Below are positions 44,590 to 54,499 of a stretch of 64,000 bases of DNA, piece by piece. Origin of the DNA: a virus; the IMG/VR virus record IMGVR_UViG_3300024581_002302, positions 22,131 to 86,130 of that record; one strand, written 5' to 3'. A program made the translations under genes and the position numbers. How positions within the stretch are numbered: position 1 is the first letter of the stretch; each line of letters starts with the position of its first letter. The notes beneath the pieces are model-generated. The model had not been told where the DNA came from. It searched no databases and saw only the letters and a list, made by a program, of their open reading frames with translations.

Positions 44590-47500
44590 ATGGCTGACCG
44601 GAGCGAACGCGACATTCTCTCGGCGCTGCTCAGGGTGCAGGCGGAGATCCGCGAGATCGAGAAGGACGAACTCGCCTATGAGTTCGAGCAGCAGAACAGA
44701 ACACAACACGCGAAGATCACGACGTCGACCTACAGGGACACCGAGTCCGACGCCGTCACCCCGACCTCTGGTGCATCCGTTGCGCCTGGCACTGACCTGG
44801 TCCTGACCCCGACAAACAACGCGCAGGACGTCGCGTGGGCTGACTTCTTCAAGAACGCAGAGACGCCTGAGTTCGACGAGCCGACCTGCGTCAATGGCAC
44901 GAACTGCCTCGGCGACAACACCTGCTTCTCCTGGTGGGATTGCGATCCCTGTGACTGGTGCGAGAACGGACAGTGCGTCGAGCGTGATCCGAACCGCACC
45001 TGCCAGGACAGCTCCGAGTGCCCCTGCCCACCGAACGACGACCAGTACTACATCTGCGAGGAGGGCCGCTGCGCCCTGACCTGCAGGCTGAACGAGGACT
45101 GCCCCGAGACCGAGGTCTGCAACCCCGAGACCTTCACCTGCCAGCCAGGCTGCGAGAGCGACGAGGAGTGCGTCCCTGGCCACCCGAACGAGGCACCAGA
45201 CGCACAGCCCGGCACCTTCTGCGTCAACTACACCTGCATCACGCCCTGCGTCCCTCCGACGTACTGCAAGGGCCCAGACGACAAGACCACCTGCGGCGAG
45301 GGTGAGTACTGCGCAGAGAAGGTCGTTCGCGCGACCACTGAGTCCTCCTACGAGGACACGCCGATCATCTACGAATGCGTCAGCGGCTGCGCCTTCACTG
45401 AACAGTGCGAGGTCGAAGTCACCGAGATCGAGAACGGCGACGGGACGATCACCAAGTACGAGCGCCAGCCCGTCTGCATCGAGAACAACTGCACGAACGC
45501 CTGCCGCAACGATGGCGACTGCATCGGTGACCTGAACGAGGTCTGCGTCTCCGGCGCGTGCCAGAGGCAGGGCGACCCATGTGTCAGCAGCGCCGACTGC
45601 GGCGATGGTGAGTACTGCACGAACGGACGCTGCGAGAGCGGCTGCGAGACGACCAGCGACTGCCTGAGGGACTGCGACAAGGTCAAGGCGTGCGTCGACC
45701 TCTGTCCTCCCGAGCCGACCTGCAGCTGCACCGACTTCTTCACCCAGGAGGAGTGCGGAACCAGTCTGACCGAACAGTGGCAGGAGTTCTGCAACCCAGA
45801 CCCCGCCTGTGTTGCTGCCTGTCCTGACGACCCGGAATGCGTCGCAGAGAACGCCCGGGGAGAGACCTGTGTGGACAACACCTGCAAGCTGCTGTGCCCC
45901 TGCCCGAACGACAACTACGCCTGCATCGATGGCGAGTGCGTCGCCAAGACGAGCGACCCCGACACGATCTGCACCACTGAGGAGATCTGCGAGGAGCTGG
46001 ACAACGGGGACATCGAGTGCGTCATCAAGGAGACCTGCGTCGATGTTCCTCCGAGCGATGACCGCTTCCAGGGCTGCGACTGCTCCCTGACCTGCAGCGG
46101 CGCTGGGCAGTGTGTCCCGTCTGTGTGCCGCTTCGACAGCGACTGCGAGGCCTGCTCCTACTGCGCCGACGGGATCTGCGTTCCTGGCTGTGACGACGAG
46201 AACCCCTGCGGCCCTGGTCAGTGCTGCCAGACCGACGGACAGTGCCATGACACCTGCAAGGTCGACGACGACTGCCCCGAGCTGGAGACCTGCCTCGAGG
46301 GCTGCTGTGGTTCACCCTGCGATCCGATCATCGACTGCGTCTCGAGCCAGAGCTGCCCCGACGGGTACTTCTGCGGCGTCGAGAACATCTGCGAGGAGGG
46401 CTGCGCCCGCGATGAGGACTGCAGCGGCTACGACAAGATCTGCGTCGACGACGGCGACGAGGTCAAGACCTGCGTCCAGCGTTGCGACACGACCGAAGAC
46501 TGCGACGACGGGTTCTACTGCTGGGAGAGCACCTTCTGCCGCCTGGATGTCCTGGCGTGCGACAGCGACAACGACTGCCCGCCGCTGATCACCGACTACG
46601 GCGACGTGTTCCAGCAGATCTGCACGAACGGATCCTGCGAGACCGGCTGCCGCAAGGACAGCGACTGCGGCACCTCGATGATCTGCTACGAGAACAGCTG
46701 CGAGTACGTCTGCTCGAACGATCTGGAGTGCGACTCCCTCGGATACGGGGACCGCTGCCAGAGCAACCCACGGGCCAAGGAGGCCGCGGCGGAGTACTGG
46801 AACCGCATTCAGTTCGTGAGCGGTGGCACTGCTGCAGAGTTCGACCGCTGGGAGTTCCTCAGCCGCAGTCAGGACACCGGCTTCTGCGTTGACGTCGATC
46901 TCGACGAGAACGGGAACGTCGTCAGAGAGCAGCGCGCCTGTGAGGGATACGAGCAGTGCGCCCTGAACGGTGAGTGCGAGCGCCTCCCCTGCATCAACGA
47001 CATCGACTGCCCGACCGGTAACTGCCTCTCCGATGGATTGTGCGGCCTGTGCACCCAGGACTCGGACTGCCTCGACGGGATGGTCTGCGACTTCGACGTG
47101 GAGTGCGACAAGAACGGCAACAACTGCGTGACCCAGAAGGAGGGCACCTGCGCCTACCCCTGCATCCCCGACGAGGACTGCGTCGTCGACAGCGACTGCC
47201 CGAAGGGTTCTTACTGCGCCGAGGACAACTATGGAGACCGCGGCAAAGCACCCCGCAAGTTCTGCGCCCAGGGCTGCCGCGAGATCGTGTACTGCGACAG
47301 CGACAACGACTGCCCCCGGGTTGAAGGACTGAACGGTGGCGAAGCCAGTGGCCGCGCCTGTGGACCATCCCTCTGCCCTGAGGGTGAGGTCTGCATCGAT
47401 GGCACCTGCCAGTTCCCGATCAACGAATGCCAGAACGGCCGCTGCTTGTACAACGGCGGCGAGTGCCTGCCTGGTACTGACTGCCGCGACGGCGCCTGCC

Positions 47501-50500
47501 TGAAGACCTGCGAGTCTTCGTCTGACTGCCCCCTCGAATCAGAGGAGTGCATGGGCGGCGTGTGCGTCCAGGTGGGCCTGGCTTGCAGCTCCGACTCTGA
47601 CTGCCCCGAGGAAGTGGGCGAGTGCTATCGCGGCCGCTGCATCGAGGACTTGCGCTGCAGCAAGAACGCCGACTGCGGTGACGATGGTCTGTGCAAGGAC
47701 GGCGTCTGCCAGGAGGGTGACTTCTGCCTGTCGAACGCTGACTGCCAGGCCAAGTGCGAGACAGCTGACGACTGCGACCGGAGGGATTCAACCGAGGACC
47801 CCTGCGTCTCGAGTGCCGACTGCAGCCAGAGCGGCGAGTTCTGCGAGGACGGCAAGTGCATGGCCGCGTACCCGACCTGCCAGGGCGGCTTCTGCTTCGG
47901 CGACAGGGACCCAGTCCGATGCAAGAGCAACCAGTGCGTCGAGGGTGAGCCCTGCAACAGCCAGGCCGACTGCGAGTTCCCGAACATCTGCTACGACGGC
48001 GCCTGCCAGTTCCTCGAGACCTGCGGACCCGGTAACGACTGCACCGACCCGCTGTACTACTGCAACAACGGCGCCTGCGTTCCTGATCTGCGCTGCTCCA
48101 CGAACGGCGACTGCCTCGAGGGCTTCTTCTGCAATCGCTCCGGCACCTGCCAAGAGAACAGCGACCAGCCACGGACCCCGAGCGCTCTCGGCTGCCCTGA
48201 TGACTGCATCCAGTCCTGCAGCTCTGAGACCTTCCGCTGCGAGCCCATCGTCTGCATCGTCGACGACGACTGCCCCTGCGGACCTTGCGGTGGCGACGGT
48301 CTCTGCACCGTTGGCTGTGAGGACGACACCGACTGCCCAGCCGGTCAGGTTTGCGGTGCCGACGGCCGCTGCGAACAGTGCAAGGCCTGCGAAGCCGACA
48401 GCGACTGCGCAGCTGATGTCCCTTGTGTTGAGGGCTGCTGTGATGGCCTGCCTTCCTGCCGCAACGACAGCGACTGCGACATCGGTGTCTGCGTGAAGGG
48501 CAAGTGCCAGGAGTGCCGCCAGGACCGCGACTGCGAGGCCAACTACGGCACCGACGACCTGGTCTGCATCGAGAACAGATGCGAGACCCCCTGCTACACC
48601 GGCCTGTCCGACGGCAGCTGCTTCGACGGCCTGAAGGCTGGCGACCTCTGCGAGAACTGCCCGGAGCAGTGCCCCGAGGGCTACGTCTGCGGAGAGAACG
48701 GCTACGTCTGCGGCACCTATGAAGTCCTGAACACGGTCACGAACCAGGCCGAGACCCGCTCGATTCCTTGCCAGGCCTGCATCCGCCCCTGCAGCTCCGA
48801 CAACATGTGCCGCCAGCGTTGCGACATTGCCGCGGACTGCATCCAGCAGGAAGCCAGCGGCAACAGCTGCACCCCCGGAGAAGAGGACAGCCCCTGCGAA
48901 GTGGGCGAGATCTGCGTCCTCGAAGGCACGAAGGGCACCTGCCAGTGGCCTGCAGCCACCTGCCCCGATGGTGTCTGCCTCGGCCCTCGCCTCGTTCAGG
49001 AGGCTCTCTGCGGACCCGTTGTTCCAGGCACCACGAACCGCTTCTGCGAGTACTTCGACGGCCGCTGCGATAGCGACATCGACTGCGATCGGGTCAGTTC
49101 TCTCGATGGTGTGCCCCGCACCTGTAAGGACAGCCAGTGCATCGAGTCGAACTACTGCGTCGGCAACAGTGACTGCGACCCCGGTCAGGTCTGCGTCGAC
49201 GGCAAGTGCCGCGAGGGCGACTGCACCAGCGACATCGACTGCGGTGTCGGTTACGTGTGCAGCGACCAGAACGCCTGCGTGTACGAGTGCGGCCCGACTG
49301 CTGAGGCCTACACCTGCGCAGCGCCCGATGGCCCCTTCGATGCCGGCAAGCCCTGCCCGCCCGGGTACAACTGCAACACCTCGACGAACCTCTGCCAGCG
49401 TCCCGGCTACGAAGGCGTCGGTCAGTTCATGCCCCGCTGCGGTCAGGGTGAGACCTGCATCGATGGCGGCTGCGCTGCCTGCTCAGGTAACGCGACCCCA
49501 GACGGTGAGGAGTTCGACGACAAGTACGACTTCGAGTGCCGCTCCGACGTCTGCTGCGCTGACAAGGACCCCTGCGACCCGCGTGGTGTGACCACGTTCA
49601 CCTGCAGCAAGGGCAAGTGCGTGGAGATCTTCCGGGCTGGCTACGCCGAGCGCTACCCCGGCGAAGTCCCCAAGCGTTGCGACGAGAAGGACCCAAGCGA
49701 TCAGACACCTGCAGATCAGCCGAGCGAGGAAGTCCAGGACATGTGCGAGAAGAAGGGCGAGTGCTGCGGCCCGACCGGCTTCTGCGTTCCTTGTGCTTGT
49801 GACGAGGAGAACCCCTGCCCAGACAAGGAAGTGATCCTGGCCAACGGCACGAGGGGCACGGTGCCCCAGTGCTGCGACCCGACCACGGGTCAGTGCATGA
49901 CCATCGACCAGCATCCGATGACGAAGTACGGCGCACCGAACAAGTGCTCCTTCGGTCCGGTCTTCTGCGAGGTCCTGGGCCCCGAGGGTGATGACGGCGA
50001 GCGCTCAGTCATCGACGTGACCTCGTACCAGAACGAGCTGTACACCGGCTGCGAGAGCTACCAGGACGCCGACGGCAACATGCAGCGCCGCTGCTACCCC
50101 GGCGGCCCGATCTCACCGAGCCAGATCGCCACGATCCTCGGCCAAGAATGCAACCCACCCGAGGAGAAGGACTGCGAGTGCTCCGTCGAGATCCCTGACT
50201 CCGACGAGTGCTTCCAGGACCTGGACTGCGAAGGCGAGCAGCGTTGCAAGTCGAAGACCTTCAAGGGCGACGCCTGCTGCCCGATCGCTGACGAGAACGG
50301 GAACGACTTCATCGTCCGCAACGTCTGCGAAGGCCAGCGCTCCGACGGAACCTGCCAGAGCGATGACGACTGCACCGACTGCGAGTACTGCGACGGATAC
50401 ATCCCCGGCACTCCGAACCGCGAAGGTCGCCCCGGCACCTGCAAGCAGGACTGCTTGAACCGCTGCCCCGACGGTGGCGAGCTGTCCCAGGCTGGCCAGC

Positions 50501-53500
50501 GCTGCAAGACCTGCGAGGAGTACTACGGCCCGTGTGTTGAGGGAATCACCCTCGAGGAGACCCCGGCCTTCATCGATCCAGAGACCGGCGAGGTGGTGGA
50601 CGCTGTCACCTCAACGACCTGTCGCATCAAGACCGAGACGAACTGCTGCGAAGGCATCACCACGCTCGAGCAAGCACGGAGACAGCGTGACGGCTGCCTG
50701 TTCAAGCGGATCGAGGTCAACAGCCAGATCGTGATCGACCAGGTCGACTACTGCGTCGACTTCGAGAAGGACATCTGCGCCGAGTGCACCGAGGACAGCC
50801 ACTGCCTGGGATCGAACTCGAAGTGCAAGAAGAACATCTGCATCACCGAGTGCGGCGACGAAGACTCCGAGGGCTACGACTACGTCGGCGACTGCACCTG
50901 CTGCACCGGCGAGGGTGAGTGCAAGGAAGCATTCGAGAGCTGGTCCGAGACCCGTGAAGGCAAGCCCGGCCCCGATGGGGTTCAGAGCTACCAGACCCGC
51001 CCCTGCGCCTGCACGAAGACCGGCATCGATTGCGGCCCATGGACTGAGCAGAACAGCTGCTACAAGTGGTTCAAGGTCTCCGACGGCTCTGGCGACGAGG
51101 CCAAGGCCGAGCGGAACCGGATCGAGGAGGAGTACAACAAGGCGCTCGACGCACAGGAGGACCTCGACGAAGCGGCCTCCGAGGGGAACCTCGAGCTGTC
51201 GACTGCTGCTGCAACCCTCACCCAGGCGAAGAAAGACCAGGAGATCATCTGCGGCACCACCGACGCCTGCGATGCGATGGTCGAGGAGTACAACCTCTCG
51301 GACCAGACGCTGAGCGACTGGGCGCTGCGCAAGCAGAACCTGAACGCCGAGCTGGTGGACATGCAGAACCGCCTCGCTGTGGCGAAGAACGCCGTGGCCC
51401 TGACCTCTGCGAAGGTCGACACCTACTGTCCAGACAGTGACCTCTGCCCGTCACTGACCCAGCAGCTGGCCAACGAGCAGGAAGTGGTTCGCCTCCTGGA
51501 AGAAGAGGAGATTCCGGCCAAGGAGGGCGAAATCGAGCAGGCCCAGATCGAGTACGACATGGCCTACGACGAGCGCGAGTACTGGGCCGACCAGGTCGAG
51601 GAGCAGTGCGGCTACAGGCCGTCCTATGGCCAGATCGAAGAAGGCATCGAATCAGAGAACCCCCTCTGCACGCAGGCCGTCGCATACGTCGAGGAGATGC
51701 AGGCCGCATACGACGCCGCATTCCAGAACGCGCAGAAGGCAGCGCTCGAAGCTGACAAGAATCTCGAACTGGTGCTCGAGCTGGAGCGTCAGCTGAACCA
51801 GACCATCTACAAGAAGCCGGAGTGGATTCAACAGCGCACCTGTGACTGCTGCGTCGACGGTGAGTGCCGCGACGACGCCGAGTGCGCTTACGGCACCTGC
51901 TACCTCTGCCAGACCGATCCCGATCCCGAGCGGGAGAAGATCTACCACGTGAAGCTGTACACGAAGGTGCAGCCCGAGCCTGTGTGCACAGGTTGCACAG
52001 ACCTGCAGGGCAACGCAGCCGACAACGCTCCGTACTGCCCCGACGACGCAACAGGCCCGAACCGGGTGAAGTTCGTCGAGGCGAATGAGTGCGTGAAGTA
52101 TCGCTGCGAGGACGGCATCGCCACGATGCAGGAACCTTGCGACGTGTACCAGAACCGCTGGTGGGATAGCTGCAAGGGCTCGATCGTCGGCTGCGTCATC
52201 CAGGGCGGCGGCGGAGTTGGAGGTGGCAACGAGCAGGTGCAGGGCAACGTCGAGACCGCCAAGTACTGGAACGGATACGCGTTCGAGTTCGACTGCCCGA
52301 ACGGCGGCGTCTGGGCGTACAACAACAGCAGCGACTCAGACGAAGCTGGTCGCGGTGGTGACTGGGTGCAGCTGACGAAGGCCGAGGAGGAGTTGACCTT
52401 CAGCAAGTGCGCCTACCCCAACCCCCTCGGACCTCTGGGCGGGAACTGGATCCCGACCTTCGTCGACCTGGTGAAGATCCACCCCTGCTGTGCCAAGGCC
52501 GAGGCGATCTATGAGTGCGACCCCGAGACCCCGAACTGCCAGACCACCTTCGAGGTCTTCTACGAGAGGGGCGACAGCAGCGACCTCCTGGATCGCCTGA
52601 AGCTGCAGGTCAAGGCCCTCGAGAACTTCCTCGAGCAGATCGTGGCAGTGCTGGAAGAACTCGAGCGCATCCGACTGTTGAAGCGTGGAGAGATCTCGGA
52701 CTACGAGGAAGCTCTGACGGAACTCCTGGACGACAGGACCCCCGAAGAGATTCAGGAAGTGATCGACCAGTACGAGGTGCTGATCGAACAGGCCGAGGCT
52801 GATGTCGTCAGGCTCGAGGGTGAGATCGAAGAAGCACAGGAGGACCTCGACGAAGCACAGGAACGCCTCGACGAGATTCTCGACGAGCAGCAGGAGCTGA
52901 TCGACGAGCGCGACGCAATCGTGGAAGAGCGCGACGCGATGCAGTTCGAGTACGACACCCTGATCATCAACGGCGACAACGCGAAGGCCGCATACGAACA
53001 GAAGAGCGGAGAGCTGACCAGGAAGGAGAAAGCCATCACCAATCAGGAGAACCTGATGGTCGAGCAGGGCTGCTCCTGCCCCTGGGTGGACGGCAGAGAC
53101 GAGGAGACGGGCAAGCTGACCGGCCAGCGCGAGCAGGACTGCCCACTGGACGGCGAAGGCAACGAGATTCCGCCCGAGTTCGGCGACACCGTGTACTGCT
53201 TCGACCAGTACACCATCCTCGAGACACTCACCAACGAGAAGGAGATTCTCAAGGGCGAGGCCGAAGAGCTGGAGCAGACCTACCAGGACTACTACAAGCA
53301 GGCCGACGACCTGAAGGGCGGCTACAGGGACGAGGAGGGGAACTACGTCGACGGCATCGATGACCTGAACGAGGACATCGATCGGATCCAGGGCAACATC
53401 AACGGCAAGAACAACACGATCTCGGTCCGCCGCAAGGCTGTGGACGACGCTCAGGCCGAGGTGGATGATCTGCGCCAGCAGCAGGTCACCGCCCAGAACG

Positions 53501-53859
53501 ACATCATCCGGTACACCGAAGAGATCAAGCGCCTCGAAGAGAAGCTCGAACTCGCCGACGAAGACAAGACCGAGCAGATCGAAGCCCTGGAGGATGCGAT
53601 CGAGAAGGCCGACGACGTTGTGGCTCAGATCGACGAACTGATCGGCCTGGTTGAAGAAGACCAGGACGCTGTCGAGCAGGCGATCCTCGAGAAGGAACTC
53701 AAGATCGAGGAACTGGAGCGCGACCTGGGAGTCCCCTCGAAGCCCGAAGCATCGAGCCGTCCTGCCGATGGCAAGACCATCGAACAGATCCAGGAGGAGA
53801 TGGCCGAGGTGGTGAAGGAAGACGAGAAGCGCGCAGGGGACACCTGGTTCCCCGAGTGA
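44590..53859 (+). CDS. Giant cysteine-rich repeat / coiled-coil protein (3089 aa)
   Basis: Dozens of C-x2-D-x-D-C-x3-5-C-x2-G-x-C units; two long heptad regions. Confidence 0.9.
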   Translation: MADRSERDILSALLRVQAEIREIEKDELAYEFEQQNRTQHAKITTSTYRDTESDAVTPTSGASVAPGTDLVLTPTNNAQDVAWADFFKNAETPEFDEPTCVNGTNCLGDNTCFSWWDCDPCDWCENGQCVERDPNRTCQDSSECPCPPNDDQYYICEEGRCALTCRLNEDCPETEVCNPETFTCQPGCESDEECVPGHPNEAPDAQPGTFCVNYTCITPCVPPTYCKGPDDKTTCGEGEYCAEKVVRATTESSYEDTPIIYECVSGCAFTEQCEVEVTEIENGDGTITKYERQPVCIENNCTNACRNDGDCIGDLNEVCVSGACQRQGDPCVSSADCGDGEYCTNGRCESGCETTSDCLRDCDKVKACVDLCPPEPTCSCTDFFTQEECGTSLTEQWQEFCNPDPACVAACPDDPECVAENARGETCVDNTCKLLCPCPNDNYACIDGECVAKTSDPDTICTTEEICEELDNGDIECVIKETCVDVPPSDDRFQGCDCSLTCSGAGQCVPSVCRFDSDCEACSYCADGICVPGCDDENPCGPGQCCQTDGQCHDTCKVDDDCPELETCLEGCCGSPCDPIIDCVSSQSCPDGYFCGVENICEEGCARDEDCSGYDKICVDDGDEVKTCVQRCDTTEDCDDGFYCWESTFCRLDVLACDSDNDCPPLITDYGDVFQQICTNGSCETGCRKDSDCGTSMICYENSCEYVCSNDLECDSLGYGDRCQSNPRAKEAAAEYWNRIQFVSGGTAAEFDRWEFLSRSQDTGFCVDVDLDENGNVVREQRACEGYEQCALNGECERLPCINDIDCPTGNCLSDGLCGLCTQDSDCLDGMVCDFDVECDKNGNNCVTQKEGTCAYPCIPDEDCVVDSDCPKGSYCAEDNYGDRGKAPRKFCAQGCREIVYCDSDNDCPRVEGLNGGEASGRACGPSLCPEGEVCIDGTCQFPINECQNGRCLYNGGECLPGTDCRDGACLKTCESSSDCPLESEECMGGVCVQVGLACSSDSDCPEEVGECYRGRCIEDLRCSKNADCGDDGLCKDGVCQEGDFCLSNADCQAKCETADDCDRRDSTEDPCVSSADCSQSGEFCEDGKCMAAYPTCQGGFCFGDRDPVRCKSNQCVEGEPCNSQADCEFPNICYDGACQFLETCGPGNDCTDPLYYCNNGACVPDLRCSTNGDCLEGFFCNRSGTCQENSDQPRTPSALGCPDDCIQSCSSETFRCEPIVCIVDDDCPCGPCGGDGLCTVGCEDDTDCPAGQVCGADGRCEQCKACEADSDCAADVPCVEGCCDGLPSCRNDSDCDIGVCVKGKCQECRQDRDCEANYGTDDLVCIENRCETPCYTGLSDGSCFDGLKAGDLCENCPEQCPEGYVCGENGYVCGTYEVLNTVTNQAETRSIPCQACIRPCSSDNMCRQRCDIAADCIQQEASGNSCTPGEEDSPCEVGEICVLEGTKGTCQWPAATCPDGVCLGPRLVQEALCGPVVPGTTNRFCEYFDGRCDSDIDCDRVSSLDGVPRTCKDSQCIESNYCVGNSDCDPGQVCVDGKCREGDCTSDIDCGVGYVCSDQNACVYECGPTAEAYTCAAPDGPFDAGKPCPPGYNCNTSTNLCQRPGYEGVGQFMPRCGQGETCIDGGCAACSGNATPDGEEFDDKYDFECRSDVCCADKDPCDPRGVTTFTCSKGKCVEIFRAGYAERYPGEVPKRCDEKDPSDQTPADQPSEEVQDMCEKKGECCGPTGFCVPCACDEENPCPDKEVILANGTRGTVPQCCDPTTGQCMTIDQHPMTKYGAPNKCSFGPVFCEVLGPEGDDGERSVIDVTSYQNELYTGCESYQDADGNMQRRCYPGGPISPSQIATILGQECNPPEEKDCECSVEIPDSDECFQDLDCEGEQRCKSKTFKGDACCPIADENGNDFIVRNVCEGQRSDGTCQSDDDCTDCEYCDGYIPGTPNREGRPGTCKQDCLNRCPDGGELSQAGQRCKTCEEYYGPCVEGITLEETPAFIDPETGEVVDAVTSTTCRIKTETNCCEGITTLEQARRQRDGCLFKRIEVNSQIVIDQVDYCVDFEKDICAECTEDSHCLGSNSKCKKNICITECGDEDSEGYDYVGDCTCCTGEGECKEAFESWSETREGKPGPDGVQSYQTRPCACTKTGIDCGPWTEQNSCYKWFKVSDGSGDEAKAERNRIEEEYNKALDAQEDLDEAASEGNLELSTAAATLTQAKKDQEIICGTTDACDAMVEEYNLSDQTLSDWALRKQNLNAELVDMQNRLAVAKNAVALTSAKVDTYCPDSDLCPSLTQQLANEQEVVRLLEEEEIPAKEGEIEQAQIEYDMAYDEREYWADQVEEQCGYRPSYGQIEEGIESENPLCTQAVAYVEEMQAAYDAAFQNAQKAALEADKNLELVLELERQLNQTIYKKPEWIQQRTCDCCVDGECRDDAECAYGTCYLCQTDPDPEREKIYHVKLYTKVQPEPVCTGCTDLQGNAADNAPYCPDDATGPNRVKFVEANECVKYRCEDGIATMQEPCDVYQNRWWDSCKGSIVGCVIQGGGGVGGGNEQVQGNVETAKYWNGYAFEFDCPNGGVWAYNNSSDSDEAGRGGDWVQLTKAEEELTFSKCAYPNPLGPLGGNWIPTFVDLVKIHPCCAKAEAIYECDPETPNCQTTFEVFYERGDSSDLLDRLKLQVKALENFLEQIVAVLEELERIRLLKRGEISDYEEALTELLDDRTPEEIQEVIDQYEVLIEQAEADVVRLEGEIEEAQEDLDEAQERLDEILDEQQELIDERDAIVEERDAMQFEYDTLIINGDNAKAAYEQKSGELTRKEKAITNQENLMVEQGCSCPWVDGRDEETGKLTGQREQDCPLDGEGNEIPPEFGDTVYCFDQYTILETLTNEKEILKGEAEELEQTYQDYYKQADDLKGGYRDEEGNYVDGIDDLNEDIDRIQGNINGKNNTISVRRKAVDDAQAEVDDLRQQQVTAQNDIIRYTEEIKRLEEKLELADEDKTEQIEALEDAIEKADDVVAQIDELIGLVEEDQDAVEQAILEKELKIEELERDLGVPSKPEASSRPADGKTIEQIQEEMAEVVKEDEKRAGDTWFPE

Positions 53860-53908
53860 TGACCTATTGGGACCAGTCGGAACACTCAGGCGCCTCTGCC
53901 CCGTTTCG

Positions 53909-54463
53909 ATGCAGACCCCTGACTGGACACACTTCCGCTCTGATGGCACAGACCCCAGCGGTCCCTGTTGCCTTCTCCCGAGCGCGTTCCCTGTGGACGA
54001 GCTTCCCCGGAACTACATCTGGACGATCGGCTACATCGGCACCTGGAAGGGCAAAGAGGACGCCGAGATCTCCGCTCAGGTTCGTTCCTACTCGAGGGAC
54101 TTCCTCGTCGAGCGTGCTCACACGTTGAAAGCGAAGAAGGAAGAAGAAAGAAAGCGGATCCAGCAGCTGGAAGTGCTGCAGGCACGCCGCAAGGAACAGA
54201 TGGACCGCCTCACCGCTGACACCATGAAGGATCAGGAAGCAATCAAACGCAAGATCGAAGCGAGCCCGCTGGCGATGGCGAAGAACCTCGTCAAGTCAGC
54301 GGCAGACCTGGCCACCGGCGGCGTCACGGACCCGAAGGAGCGGATGGACATCTGCAACTCCTGCCCGTTCAAAGGCGACGACAATCGCTGCGGCAAGTGC
54401 GGCTGCTTCTTGCCTGCGAAGACAAGGGTCAAGAAGTCGAGCTGCCCGATCAGCCGCTGGTAG
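53909..54463 (+). CDS. Protein with coiled coil and C-terminal DUF6171-like Cys cluster
   Basis: RMDICNSC...CGKCGCF..KT.....CP..RW; ATG 22 nt after GGAACACT. Confidence 0.75.
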   Translation: MQTPDWTHFRSDGTDPSGPCCLLPSAFPVDELPRNYIWTIGYIGTWKGKEDAEISAQVRSYSRDFLVERAHTLKAKKEEERKRIQQLEVLQARRKEQMDRLTADTMKDQEAIKRKIEASPLAMAKNLVKSAADLATGGVTDPKERMDICNSCPFKGDDNRCGKCGCFLPAKTRVKKSSCPISRW

Positions 54464-54499
54464 TCGCCGGAAGGCTAGTCCGACCTAAAGGGCCGGCAA

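Noticed and set aside
44560-53949. Long minus-strand and alternate-frame ORFs (for example 44560-46248 and 52336-53949)
   Set aside because: Shadows of the Cys-rich gene with Arg/Ala/Val-rich junk composition
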